In this document: positions 37,201-49,557 of the stretch, one piece after another
Numbering within the stretch: the stretch's first letter is position 1
How the letters are laid out: each line of letters starts with the position of its first letter
Assembly: GCA_050084985.1 (NCBI GenBank)
Contig: JBITNC010000001.1
Location: 80,972,001 to 81,036,000 of the forward strand
From: Nageia nagi
Taxonomy: Eukaryota; Plantae; Pinophyta
Direction: 5' to 3'
Length of the DNA: 64,000 bases
Notes under the pieces: model-generated
Seen by the model: the letters and a program-made list of their open reading frames with translations, nothing else
Told to the model about the DNA's origin: nothing
Database searches by the model: none
Translations under genes and position numbers: made by a program

Positions 37201-39342
37201 ATGTTTTGATGAAGCTATGCAGGGTGATACACAGATTAAGTGGGAGCATGCTATGAAGGAGGAGATGGACTCCTTACTTAAGAATCAAACTTGGAGTTTG
37301 GTTGAGCTTCCAGAGGGTAAGAAGGCACTTACTAACAAATGGGTGTATAGGATAAAGGAAGAGGTAGATGGGCGACAAAGGTACAAGGCAAGACTTGTGG
37401 TAAAAGGTTTTGAACAGAAAAAAGGTATAGATTATTATGAGATCTTTTCTCCAGTTGTTAAAATGACCTCGATTAGAGCAATATTGAGTCTTGTTGCTAC
37501 TGAAAACTTGTTTCTTGAACAATTGGATGTAAAGACAGCTTTCCTTCATGGGGATTTGGAGGAGGATATTTATATGCATCAACCCGAAGGTTTTGAGGTC
37601 AAAGGTAAAGAAGGGTATGTATGTAAATTGGAAAAGAGCTTGTACGGTTTGAAGCAAGCACCTAGGCAATGGTATCATAAGTTTGACACTTTCATGATAA
37701 TAAATAAATTTGTAAGATGTCAATCTGATCATTGTGTGTATGTAAGGAAGACAACAAATGGCAACTATGTAATCTTGCTTTTATATGTGGATGATATGTT
37801 GGTAGCAGGATCTAGTATGCAAGATATTGTTGATCTTAAGGAAAAGTTGGCTAATACTTTTGAAATGAAGGATTTGGGTGAAGCTAAACAAATACTTGGA
37901 ATGAAAATAACAAGAGATAAACAAAACCACTTGCTTAGACTAAGTCAAGAAGATTATATTGATAAGGTTCTTAAAAGGTTCAATATGAAAGATGCAAAAT
38001 CTGTAACTACACCATTGGCAAAGCATTTTAAACCCACCAAACATTTATGTCCTAAGATAGATAAGGAAAAGGAGTACATGACTAAGGTTCCTTATGCTTC
38101 AGCGGTTGGAAGTTTAATGTATGCAATGGTGTGCACTAGACCAGATATAGCACAAGCAGTGGGAGTGGTTAGTAGATTCATGAACAATCCAGGAAAAGGG
38201 CATTGGGAAGCAGTTAAATGGATCCTTAGGTATTTAAAGGGTACTTCTCATTACTCTTTATGTTTTGGTGGATCTAATTCTTGTTTGCAAGGTTATGTTG
38301 ATTCTGACATGGCAGGTGATATAGATGGTGGGAGAAGCACTACAGGATATGTGTTTACCATTGGAGGTACAGCGGTGAGTTGGATTTCAAAGCTCCAACA
38401 GGTTGTGGCTCTCTCCACTACTGAGGCAGAGTATGTTGCGATCACGGAGGCAAGTAAAGAATTGATTTGGTTAAAGAGATTGATGGAGGAACTGGGAAAG
38501 GTGCAGGAGGATGCGAAGCTATGGAGCGATAGCCAGAGTGCCATTCATCTTGCAAAGAACTCAGCCTTCCATTCGAGAACCAAGCATATCAAATTGAGGT
38601 ATCACTTCATCAGGGCAGTGTTGGAGGATGGTTCAGTCAGTTTGGGGAAGATTCACACGTCTCAAAATCCTGCGGACATGTTCACTAAAGTTGTTACAAA
38701 GGAGAAGTTGGGCTCTTGCTCAACTTGGATTGGTCTTAAGGAGTAAAGGCCAAGATGAGAAGCTTTTGACCCTTGTTGCAGAGGAAGAAGTCTCCAAGTG
38801 GGAGATTGTTAGAAAATGGAGACTACAACCGGCTAGAAAACAGAGAGCAGTTTCTTTCTCGTTTTTCAGTTGCCAAGAAGCCATGACACCTGGTTATCAG
38901 TTATAGAAGGGTTGGGGGTTACCTAACAACCTTCCTGATCCAACTTGGGTTTAAGTTGGGTTAGTTTGTACCTATAAATAAGAGGCTTGAGTTGAGGCAT
39001 GTAGTACTTGTAGTTTTGACAGCAATTGTGAAGTAGATTGTGATTATTGAGAGAGAGATTGTAGTGACGTTTTGTTGTAACTCCAAAGTGAAGATTGTAG
39101 CAAGGTTATGCTGCTGGTTTGTTACTTGGAGGACTTTGAAGAATGATATGCAAAAGGGTTGAAAGCTTCTCCGTGGATGTAGCCTACATTGGGTGAACCA
39201 CGTTATCTCTTGTGTCTCTCTTTGTGTGATTGATGTTCATGGTTATTTGATTTCAGTAGTATGCTTTGAATGTTGTTTCTTTTGCTAAGGAGTAAGAGAA
39301 TTATTGATGCTCTTGCTTATATAAACTTATTAAATCCTAACA
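34254..39342 (+). mobile_element. Intact Ty1/copia retrotransposon (Tnt1/Tork-like)
   Basis: 536-bp LTRs at 34254-34789 and 38807-39342 (TGTTAG..CTAACA, 4 mismatches seen), perfect TSD TAGCA, PBS TGGTATCAGAGC at 34792-34803, PPT AAGTGGGAGA at 38796-38805. Confidence 0.98.
34868..38746 (+). CDS. Copia gag-pol polyprotein (1,292 aa from the first ATG)
   Basis: Uninterrupted ORF with CWHCGKKGHIKRDC zinc knuckle, WVLDSGAS protease, WHNRLGH..CEDC plus D-D-E integrase, LYVDDML RT and YVDSD..NPADMFTK RNase H. Confidence 0.97.
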   Translation: MAEEGRLKVERFNGQGFQFWKMQMEDYLYQKDLYQPLEDKSKKPTSMSDEEWNLLDRKALGAVRLCLSSSVAFNISNEKTTKGVMDKLAKMYEKPSASNKVYLMKKLFNMKMNEGSSVQDHVNEFNTITNQLTSVSLEFEDEVRALLILCSLPDSWNSFVMAVSNSSSNAKLIFDEVVGTILSEDMRRKSTGECSNAALTVEARGRSKERRRSKSRSKSQGRSKSKGKTKLECWHCGKKGHIKRDCWNRKGKESESSNYNNESTSNQEANIVGELIQDALIMSNEKNDDYWVLDSGASYHATPHKNYFSNYTHGDFGQVLLGNEHPCKIVGIGNITMKLPNGTKWTLNEARHIPDLKRNLISTSKLDKEGYVMTFGDASWKVTKGSMVFAKGNLVGSLYLLTNVFDYSLNLVSIGNDTSLWHNRLGHMSEKGMKMLHSNGSLPNLKEVDLGFCEDCVYGKQKRVNFLKVGKEKKSHKLELVHTDVWGPAQVCSLGGSSYFVTFIDDCTRKTWVYCIKKKSDVFETFKRWKALVENETNSKLKCLKSDNGGEFCNNEFDSFCSHNGIRRIKVVPRTPQENGVAERMNRTILERARSMRIHAGFSLNLWADAIDTAVYLINRGPSMALDGGIPEEMWTGKKVNYSFLRVFGCEAFAHVDKEDRKKLDAKSQKCYFVGYGVNDLGYRLWDVDNHKIIRSRDVVFNEKSMYKDRLQNVEEPKFVSLEDVDQYKGPDNNNVQAPPPQTPQTLSLRRSSRNRNPPERYSPALYHILYTDGGEPECFDEAMQGDTQIKWEHAMKEEMDSLLKNQTWSLVELPEGKKALTNKWVYRIKEEVDGRQRYKARLVVKGFEQKKGIDYYEIFSPVVKMTSIRAILSLVATENLFLEQLDVKTAFLHGDLEEDIYMHQPEGFEVKGKEGYVCKLEKSLYGLKQAPRQWYHKFDTFMIINKFVRCQSDHCVYVRKTTNGNYVILLLYVDDMLVAGSSMQDIVDLKEKLANTFEMKDLGEAKQILGMKITRDKQNHLLRLSQEDYIDKVLKRFNMKDAKSVTTPLAKHFKPTKHLCPKIDKEKEYMTKVPYASAVGSLMYAMVCTRPDIAQAVGVVSRFMNNPGKGHWEAVKWILRYLKGTSHYSLCFGGSNSCLQGYVDSDMAGDIDGGRSTTGYVFTIGGTAVSWISKLQQVVALSTTEAEYVAITEASKELIWLKRLMEELGKVQEDAKLWSDSQSAIHLAKNSAFHSRTKHIKLRYHFIRAVLEDGSVSLGKIHTSQNPADMFTKVVTKEKLGSCSTWIGLKE

Positions 39343-40292
39343 TAGCATTCATGCCATTCCACCTTTTGTACCTACTTTCACTCGGTAGAATTAGGCCTAG
39401 GTCCCACTATGGCACTTTTGGAGTTGATTCTAGCCCATAGTCACAATCCGTTGCTAGTTCATTTTTTATTGCTCTTAACAATCCAAGCACAAAAAACCAA
39501 CTACAATAAGAAAAAACATGCAAAGGTGAGAAAAATGATGGCAAACGTTTGGAAGTTTTGCAACATTCCTAGTAATGTTGCAAGGTCACCATCCTACGAT
39601 GCTATGGTGAACACATTGACAGTTTGTTGTTCAAGATTCAAACCCCCAACATATGATGATTATCAAGAACCACTTCTTGCCCAACGTATAAAAGATGTGC
39701 ATCTACTTATTGAGTAGAAAAATATATAGGTGATGAAGGGCTACACAATTATGTTTGACAAATGGACTGATGGAAGAAGTTGAGCACTCATTAATTTCTT
39801 GGTTACTTCTACAAGGGGGTTAGTGTTCTTGAAGTATATGCCTCCAACAAGATAAAAATTGGACAAACATTGTTCGCCTTGGTAGAGGATGTAGTATTGG
39901 AGTTTGGCACAAAAAGTGGTCCAAGTTATCACAAACAACGCAACAATAGATGTGACAATAGGAAAACTTCTTAAATAGAGGTTTCCTACCACTTTTTTGA
40001 CTCCTTGCACAACCAGATATTGGAAAAATCAGTTGGGTCAATAAAGCAACAAATAATGCAAAACAAGGTTGCAAAGTACACAAGCAATCATTCATGGGCT
40101 CTCAATTTGATGAGGCAATATATGGATGGAAAGAAGATTGTTCAACGTAGTGTCACACAGTTTGCCACCAATTTCCTCACCTTACAAAACCTTCATGCCA
40201 GAAAAGGAGGGTTGAAGAGGGTGATTATTTGCCATGAATGGACAAAATAGGTTTTTTCTACTAAAAGCCATGCTTGTTACAAACATTATTTT

Positions 40293-40957
40293 CAAGGTTC
40301 CACAAGGCCGAGGAAAGAGGATACAGGGGAATGGGGGTCATGTATCTAGGAACAAGGGAACGTGTATCCAGGAACAAGGGAACGAGGGAGATCATTTTAG
40401 GGAACACTCCAAAAACGAAAAGTATAATATAAGTAAAAATTCCAAAAAAATTTAGATTTTTGATATTTCATTGTTTCAAATTTATTATCATTATCAATTC
40501 AATCATGTATACAAAACTTGGAACTGAAATTAGAAATCAAGTATGAATCAAAATATCAAAATGAGTCATAATCAATGATCATAAGACATGATGTCATTAA
40601 GTCCGAATCAAATCTAGTACATAATGATAGATGTGAAATAGTAAAATTGTAAAACTAAATACATAGACTAGACTTTGACATGAATATGTCAAATAGAAAA
40701 ATGCCAAAATCAAAACTATGGCTCTGTGGGCTCATGCACTACTGCTAGCATATCTTGCTCCTCTGCTGAGATATCTAAAGAGTTTCCCTCATCATCCAAT
40801 TGAAGAGCCTTCAATGGCACTCCAACCAACCCCTTCATATCATTTGTTAGGAGGTGAAGTCAATATCTAGATCTCCACAATTCTTCTACATGGTGGTAGA
40901 GTGGTACATAAAGATGCACCTACATGGTAGTGCACCCCTGATAACCGTGCAACCATA
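40293..40957. mobile_element. Non-autonomous hAT-type element (same family as 27445-28272)
   Basis: Starts CAAGGTTCCACA, ends with degenerate GTGCAACCATA, and shares ~300 bp with 27500-27870. The TSD is not clean. Confidence 0.6.
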
Positions 40958-43900
40958 CATTGCTATTTTTAATCTTTGTTTCTTTTATTTGAATCGTTGG
41001 TTAAAATCCTTTGTATTGTTGATATCCAAGACAAATCACCAAAAGGTTACTTTAATGAGGACATGGTCAAGGCCAAGAAGGCCATTGCAAGGTATTACAT
41101 AAACATAAGAGTCTACGTATCGCCTTTTTTGGGAGTTGATTGGCCGGAGATGATAAAGTCAACTTCATAAGGTCGATTCATGCAACAGGCTACTACATGA
41201 ACCCAAAATATTTTAACGAGGCATTCATGGCTAATGAGAAGGTTCTCAATGGCCTTTATATCTGCTTCAAGAGGATGGTCCAAGATGAGCTAAAGATGGA
41301 TGACATACAAAAAGAGTTGCAAATCTACAATATCATAGAGTGCACTTTGCATTAGGTCTTCAACAACTCCAATCCATGTAACATTTATTTTATCTTTTAT
41401 TTTTGTTTGAAGTTTTCTAAAAAGTGGTTGATCTTTGAATCAGGATTTTTTTTGTTTGTTTTCAACAATATGGTGGGAGCCCTTTGGAACAACTCTCCTC
41501 CAACAAATAAAAGTTTGGATTCTATCCCAACCTTGTAGCTCTTTTGGATGTGAGCACGATTGGAGTATGTTTGAACACATACACTTCAAAAAGCACAATA
41601 GGTTAGCTCAAGAATTATTGGTATATGTCCATTATAATCTCATACTCTACATAAACAAATAGATGGGAGGCAATCATGACGTGATTGATTTGGAAAAGAT
41701 TGATCCCATTTTGAATGGATAACAGAACTTGGAACTGAGAACCAACAGAAGGGGATGTATGGTTCTCTAAGGATGATTTTGCATGCATTTAAAACCAAGT
41801 AGCACAAGAACTTGAAGCCATGGAACAAAGCACAAGTGCAGGTCTAAACATCTGCCTAACAAAGGGAAACGGGAAAAAGAGGGCACATCATTGATGTATT
41901 TTGGATAAACAAAATTGCTATTTATTTTGATCAAACACTATATATTTTCATAGTAAATGCAAAAAAATATGCAATTCAGAATTTATATGTATTTTTTATC
42001 TATTGCTTTTTTGCCGAATAATTCCCAAATTGTCGAATTTTGAAACCTTCGACTCAAATGGATATTAGTTGAATATATATTTCACTTCCATGGTACTCCC
42101 CAAACTTGGAAAGTTGGACTACTATGATATTGAGACTCTTCCCAAGGATTCCCAAGCTTTGACCATGAAAAAGATTGTGCAAGTTTTAGAGGAGCGTGTA
42201 GATAGGCCAACGCTACAAGTCCTACTATAAAGCTACTTCAGAAAACTAGGAAGCAAGGAAGGAAAAAGTTAAGAACCTTCATATGTGCTTGGAGAAGCTG
42301 AAATCAATTGCTGGTAGGATTATACCTAGTTTTCAAGTTTAAGGGGATCAAGCAAAACTGCACTCAATTGATGAATGAGCCAAGAAAACCTATAAACCTA
42401 AACAAGAAATGGAGATAATCATATTCATGAATAAGTACTTTATTGTGATTTTTACTACGCAAACAACAATCACAAAATAAGGGTTTGAAAGGAAACCTTA
42501 TTTTTATTCGTGTGAAGGTCTCTTAGCAAAGCTTAACCATGTGAGTCATACCCATAGAGCAATCACCCTCCGAACTACCCATCTGACCTTTGTTGTTCTG
42601 TCTTCACAAGAAACTTTAGTAAGTGGATAAACTTTTAACGACAACACAAACAACATTATCAACCTATGAGGCACCTTTAGGATGAACAAAGGTAAGCACA
42701 CATTTGTGTTGGAAATGGACCCCTTCCAACCTCTTCTAGTGAATATGGAAATCCAATTGGGATAGCATATCTAGGAGTACTAAATTGCCCTATCTATTTA
42801 TATGTAGATATTTCTGCATAAATGGGCACTTGCAACGTAACTGTGTCCACAAAATGAACTGATGCTCCTATGACCCACTCTTAGTTGAAGAATGGTCAAC
42901 GACTCCAACAAACCAAACAACCCAACACAATAGCAAACATATTGTGGCCACAAAAAGCTAGGGAGATTCGATGGTCAAAGGAACAAGATAGAGAAGAAAA
43001 CAAAATCATGAGAACATATAGAAAATCATCAAACAAATTGTTGAATACCAAAATACAAGAAATTGAATAGTAGTAAGGGAGGAAAACAAGCCTACGATTA
43101 AGATGAAAAGCTTTACATGCTAGAGATACACTTTGACAGGACCCAAAGCCATCTTAAGTAATCCAAAGAGAAATCCGTTATTTCTGGGTACCAACCTCTT
43201 TCTCTTACCACAACTATTGCTAAATGTGATTTTTTATCTCACACTTTATGAGAGGTAGCCATTGACTCCTGTTTACATACACTCCACCAATATAAAAAAG
43301 ACTCGTGCCTTTGGTTCTTGTTCCATAAATTGTTCGTATAACAATAAGCGTACAATCATGTTCTAACTCTATTTTTAATTAGCCCATGAGACATCCTCCA
43401 TCCCTTCCAACCATAAAGAATATCAATGATTCTTGTTGCTTTTGGCTTAGAAACCCATGAGACAAAAGCCAAATATAAAGGTGCCAAGGACAAACTCAGC
43501 ACACACACTAGGTAGGGCAACAACAGATGATTTCAGACTTGATTTCAGCTAAGAAATCAGGTCTGATATGCAATTTCATGGACTATTCAAAATTGTTCAC
43601 TAATACACCTTGTACACAGGCAAATGGAGGTTTTAGCAAAGAAAATCACAAACAAATGTGGTTTTTATAGTTCCAATTTGTCTAAAACATGTCAAATAAA
43701 TAATATCAAAAGTGATAAGACACCAAAAATTAGCTGTGAAACATAAACTTTATTTAGTGAACATCTTGCTATTACAGATAATTACAACCAGCTTACACTC
43801 AAATGTAGTAACAATATCTCAAATGTACAACAAAAACTACTCATGACTACTGCTTAGCTCACAATTCCTAACTGTAATCTACCATGATATATAATACTAT

Positions 43901-46900
43901 GCTCAAAGATCTCAAATTGATGAACCAAAACAGATCTGCACTATGGATGCCAAAACTGGGATGTGTCAATTCTGCAACAATGTAGTAACAAGAATTTTCA
44001 GTTACAGAAGCCAGCCATCATTTTGACACTTCTGAGGGATTCTCCAACATATAAATCACCTTTTATTAAATTTTCAGTCTAAGTTTAATCAAATTTGGCA
44101 GTTATGGAGTACACACTGTTTAGTTGGGTAGTTACAAAAACTATCACCCAGCAAGTGTAGTTTTGCCATCCGGCTAGTTCTGGTCAAATTCTTCATGCTG
44201 AACACATTGAGCAAACATGTAAGATAATTCGGCATCCACCTTGGATAAATTTTGCCTGATCTGAATGATCTCATGGACAGTTAGAGCTTGAACACTTGGC
44301 AGCATACTCTAAAAAATATCGTGCATGTTGTCATTCACATCATTCCATTGTACATAATATGAATAAAGTGATAATTTGAAACCTAAAGTAAGATTAAGAG
44401 GGGCACAATTATTTCTGTTATGATGGTAGTTGGTGGAGTTCACCATCAAATGCTGCACTCTTTCGTGTTATGATGCTTTTCATAACACTTATTTCAGCTC
44501 GACAGGGGAACAAGTTATCATCATAGGACAGGAGAGAAATGTGCAAGAGACTATGTTGCAAAGCAAGATGATGATAATCCTTCTCTTCACAAGTCAAGAA
44601 TGTAAATGTTCTTGGTGATGATGATATACACATAATAAAGATGTATTATGCTGTGTCCTGTCTGTTGCGTATTATTGAAAATCAAACTCACACGACCATT
44701 TTTTGAACTTGGACTTGGACTTGGCCAAACCTCAGCTAGAATTGGCATACAAAAATTGTATAATTTTACAAAAATAAATGTTATTTCTATATATTCCTCA
44801 ACAAACTAACATCAATGTTATAAAAAAACTAATCAAATTTATTATTTAAATGGTAGCAAAATGGTTATACAAAAATTGTGGATTGAGATAGGCTTATAAA
44901 ATGTAAATTTAAACCCACCAGACTCACAGAATTTAAACCCACCAGACTCACAGAATTTGAAAACATTAATAGCTTGTAAAAATTTGCAGAAGCTTGGAAG
45001 GACTTGAGAGTCTTGTCCGTTAAGGTTGGTAGCCCTTATCAACTCATTATTTCGAGAGTCTTTCTAAGACTCGCAAAGATTCAGCAATAGAATGTGCTAT
45101 ATTTAAGTAGGTTGCAATGTATTATTGTACATTGTTTGTGCATATTATTATGTGTTTTACTAATTTAGTTTCAGAATACACACAATCTATGATCCTTATT
45201 CAAACTGTTCATTCCCCATTCGGAGACTCTATACACATTGACGTTGGAGTTCTTTATTGCTATGGCTTAAGAATATTTTTTTACTGTTTGACGCTATTTA
45301 TTGTCATATTGCTAAGTGCATGCATGAAATGATCATAGTTCTAAGTTAACTGATTTTGGGACCGCATGAAAAATTTAAACTTCAGGTTGGAGCTGCATGA
45401 ACTTGCACCCTCGGCCCTAGAAAATCAAAACCATCTCAGCTTCATGCTTCAGCTCCTTGTGATTGAGTTCCCATCCAATCGATCACTTTGTGTTTCTTGA
45501 CCCCCATGTGATCAATCATTATAGTAAAGGAATGTCAGTGCTTACTTGCCATCACTGGGACAATCATTTTTGTTCGCTTCTAGGTGTTTCCCAATCATTT
45601 AGTGGCATGGTCAGAACAGCATATTGCAAGTTTCAATCTAGTGTTCCCAGTGCCAACAGTAGAGGCAAGGTAAAAAGTTACAGGAGAATTTTTGGGATGG
45701 CATTTTGGAAAAATGTAAGAAACTAAATAGTTAAAATGAGAGTAAAAAGAAGAGAAGCAATTGGAGCTTCAAAAGGTATGAATTTCAGGAGGACGAATTG
45801 GAGCATTTTATATTATAATGATCAGGGTGGAAATGGTGCAGAAGCTAGTGGAGATCACTTAAGAGGTGGTGAACAATATAGTTTGGTTGGCTGCTGTTGT
45901 GTTAGTGATGGATGTTTAGTGGCACAATCCAACGGCTTCCTGATTTATTGGAATTAGTTTGCCTTCCATCAGTTCTGGGATTTTGTTTGGAAGAAGATCT
46001 GTAACAATTTTGAAAGAAAATGGTTTAAAAAGGTTGTTTTGTGGGAACTATGGAATTCCTGTATATATTTTTAAGATAAAGAGAATGTTAAAGCCTGGTT
46101 GGTTAAAAACTTCAAGCCCTTTATAGGCATCATGTTCTGGAAAACTGCTGGTAAAGATCATATGTACAATAATTATCTAATAAATAATAGAGTATTTTTT
46201 CACCTAAAATGATTCTGTATATAACCTGTGTACAAAGAAACAACTACAATATCAATCTTTGAATCACACTCACTGATCCATCATAATGATCTTATCTTTG
46301 ATATGAACTCAGTTCAGCTATATGCCTATTAAATATGTCTAATGACAGGATAGGCCCAGTAAGATTTTTAAATCTGGTACAAAGTGCAATCGATATTCTA
46401 CCTGACTGCAGACAACATCACAAACCAAATAACAATAATGATACTTTGGCTGAACATCCCTCAATTCAAAAAATGAATCCAGTGGAACTGATAGTGAATT
46501 TCAGAGCGTAAATTAAAGCGCTATTACATTCACGGAAGTTTTTCTTTCCAAACACTTCCCAAAACAAATAACAATCAAATTGGAGGACCATCTAAGCCAT
46601 TATTTAGGGAGGCCCTAGTCTAAAGTTCTAGGAATCTGTTTTGGTTCATCATTCCATGGAGTGTATTCAAAATGAATGCATAGGTCTTACGGAGCCAAAT
46701 TAAATTTTAAAAAACAATTAAATGAAAATCCAATAACAGAGCTTTCCATAGTTCAAGTTTCAAATTCTCAATACACATCTGAATGTGTGTGAAAACTGGG
46801 TGAATTACAGCATGCAACCGGTTAAAAATAGAAGACTTGCCCTAGGTCATGGAATTTATGGAGAATGTTATGGATTCAAAACTAATATATATATATACAC

Positions 46901-46965
46901 ATACATATATATTTCAATTTTGTCACATCACCTATCTTAAAAAATGGTACTGTGCTTCTTCCTAC

Positions 46966-47400
46966 CTGCATGAGGAGCTTGATTCTGTCAAGGGGTGCAG
47001 TGACAGTCTTGGCAGCAGCACCAGAAGCTGCACCAGCAATGAACAATGACACATCCTTAGGAACGAGGGCCAACAATGCCAACGGGTGTTTCATCACTTT
47101 TTCCATGGGAGGCCATCTCACTTCCTCCTCCTCATCTGGGCTCCTTACACTCATCAGTGACTTCTCCTCAACAGAAACAGGCACAGTTCTCTCTGAAACA
47201 GAAGCCCAACATCCCCTTGAACGTCTTTCCTTCCAATATTTTCTCCTCCTCCTCCCCAGATGACCCACAAAAACAAATTCAGGAGTCTTTAATCCACCAA
47301 ATTCATCATTCCCATAACTGTCATCAAGGCCTCTGATCTCCCTCAGCACCAATTTCGCCCTGCATGGTGCTGCTGCAGCGCCCTCCTCAATCTCTCTCAT
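46966..47400 (-). CDS. TAAC: TAAC/EAAC-like plastid ADP/ATP carrier exon 1 (145 aa, N-terminal extension plus first carrier helix)
   Basis: KHPLALLALVPKDVSLFIAGAASGAAAKTVTAPLDRIKLLMQ with the PxDxxK carrier motif, followed by a GTAGG donor; ATG at 47400. Confidence 0.93.
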
Positions 47401-49557
47401 TGTATACACCTCAATGAATCCAAAAACCAAGAGGGCTTAAATATATTAGAATTGGAATGGACTACCAATGCAATGCCAAAGGTGGGTATAAATCCAAATT
47501 CAAGCTCAATTTAACAACAAACAGAACTACAAAGGGTAGCTGAATATCCAATGAGAGGATTTACCAGTCAATTAATGGTGTTCATTCACTCGTGGGTAGG
47601 ATTTCGTTGAAGGCCTCTCACCTGCTGTGTCAAAATCCACTAGGCTTCAGAAATACCGGTCGTTAATTTTGGATTTCCAAACGTGGCTAGAAAGGTTTTG
47701 TGGGTCCATTTTTGGGATATTTAATTATTTCCACGTAAAAAGATTTGATCTTGACATTTCCTTGGCCGTTTAATTCCTTACTACTTGATCTTCTTTCAAA
47801 TCAAGTTTTGATAGGAGTTGTTTAGTTAGGAAATTTTTGGTTCGATAATTTGAGAAATTTTGATAGATTTTTGATAAGTTGAAAAAAAAATTTGATGGTT
47901 TTTTTTATAAAATTAATTTGTAAAAATAGTTTTGCGAAGTTATATTGTTGAAGGGAATGTTGGTATAGTGGTTAGGATATTGAATTTTAATCTAAGTGAT
48001 ATGTGTTCAAAATAAAATATCATTTTGAAAAATTTCGGGAATCTATGTTTTTGGGACTTAGTTTTTTTAGTTTTTTTTTCACATTCACAAAGCTAACATG
48101 TTTAAGCATATTCATGAAATTAACATGCAAAAATAGTTTTGTAAATTTGCTTATGTGAAATAGTTTTATGAATATGTCCATTGAAAAAAAAAAAATAGTT
48201 AATGAAAAAATGCACGAGTATGTCAGCAATTGTCTAGCATGTCAGGTTGTCACGACTTTGTTTTGATATTCAGTTATGAGTCAACTTATATCAACAAGCT
48301 TGACTACAAAAAATGAAAAGTTTATTTCAAGTTTTAAATTGATATTTGTGTAAAATACAACGGTAGGGGAGTTGGAGATTAGAGAGGTTGAACTCTCTTG
48401 AAGTTTCAAGTTCAAATCTCTCTACCTTTAGTTGGGTGTTCACAAGAGTTATAATAGTTGTTGTCAAGTCTAGTGGAAGTTTTGGGTAATTTAATGAAAG
48501 AGAAACCCAAATTAAAGATAAATTTTTCAAAATGATGGTTTCCATACAACAACAATAAAAATATATATATTGTTTCTTTAAATATTATAACAATTTTCAA
48601 GATATATATTTTACAATCACATATATTAATTTGTGTTCATATATCTTGGTCTCTAGTGGACATTAATATAATTTACCTTTACCTTTAAACAATCGATTAA
48701 ATAGAGTTATACATGTACAATTTGATGAATATAAATGTTGAAGGTCAAATTTATTATAATTAATAAATGTATGCAATATTATAAATTACTGAATGATCTT
48801 TATTAATATATGATTTGAAAAATTATGATCTTATTGTTTATATATATATATATATAAGCATACAATGGAGATGAGATATTTAGAGCAAAAAATCTTTTTT
48901 TTAACACATCAAAAGAATATCATTTATGAATTTTAGTTGTTATCAATGCAATGATTTATTTTTTAATTCAATATTTTTCTATAAATAAATTTATAATTTT
49001 CATTTTACTAATTCATTTATATTGATAACTTATAGAGATTTTTGCTATTCTTTATTGCTCGCAATGATAATGTAACATTTTATTTTATGGCAAATATGTA
49101 TAATACATTTTTTCTCTTTCTAACATCTCTCATCTTTGATGTTACTTTTAAATGTACTATTATATATCTTTACAATTATACTAGGTTATTACAATTTTTT
49201 TTTAAGTAATTAAAAATAATTGTACCAAGGTGGTTCAACATAAGGATTAAGAAAGCATCTAGATTTAATAATGTGGTAGGGTGGTCAAATTATAGTACAT
49301 GGCCTTAGTTGATGAGGTTGGTGGATAGTCGTTTCATTGATTACAAAATATTGGAGATCGCTTGGGGCTCATGTGTCATGTTTAACATGGCAAGCTCAAG
49401 AGTGTAAGGGGAATTATTGATAAGACTTTTAACATCACCTACTTTGAGAACTAGGAGTGGCAATGGTTATTCTGCGTGTGGGAGGAGATCTTGGATTTAT
49501 TTCCAATATTTAATGGGTACTTTAGGGGGATATGGTCCTGTAGATGTTACTTATTTC

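Larger units (their letters stand above)
33997..41700 (+). pseudogene. Decayed hAT transposase, interrupted by the copia element and a non-autonomous hAT
   Basis: BED-finger remnant at ~34000-34110, CNIPSNVARSPSY..FKPPTY (39409-39717), IMFDKWTDGRS..INFLV, SVTQFATNFLTL, IHATGYYMNPKY, and WWEPFG...ILSQPCSSFGCEHDWSMFEHIH. Element termini not resolved. Confidence 0.85.

Noticed and set aside
33708-42126. Candidate TIRs (CATGGTTGTGC / GGACTACTATG) for the plus-strand hAT
   Set aside because: Only a partial match, and the flanking 8-mers do not form a TSD.
45640-46100. Possible LINE remnant (EAIGASKG and Trp-rich pieces)
   Set aside because: The motifs are too short and decayed to support a call.
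46882-47430. Track ORF boundaries for the carrier gene
   Set aside because: The track starts at a TTG and reads through the splice donor. The supported exon is 47400-46966.
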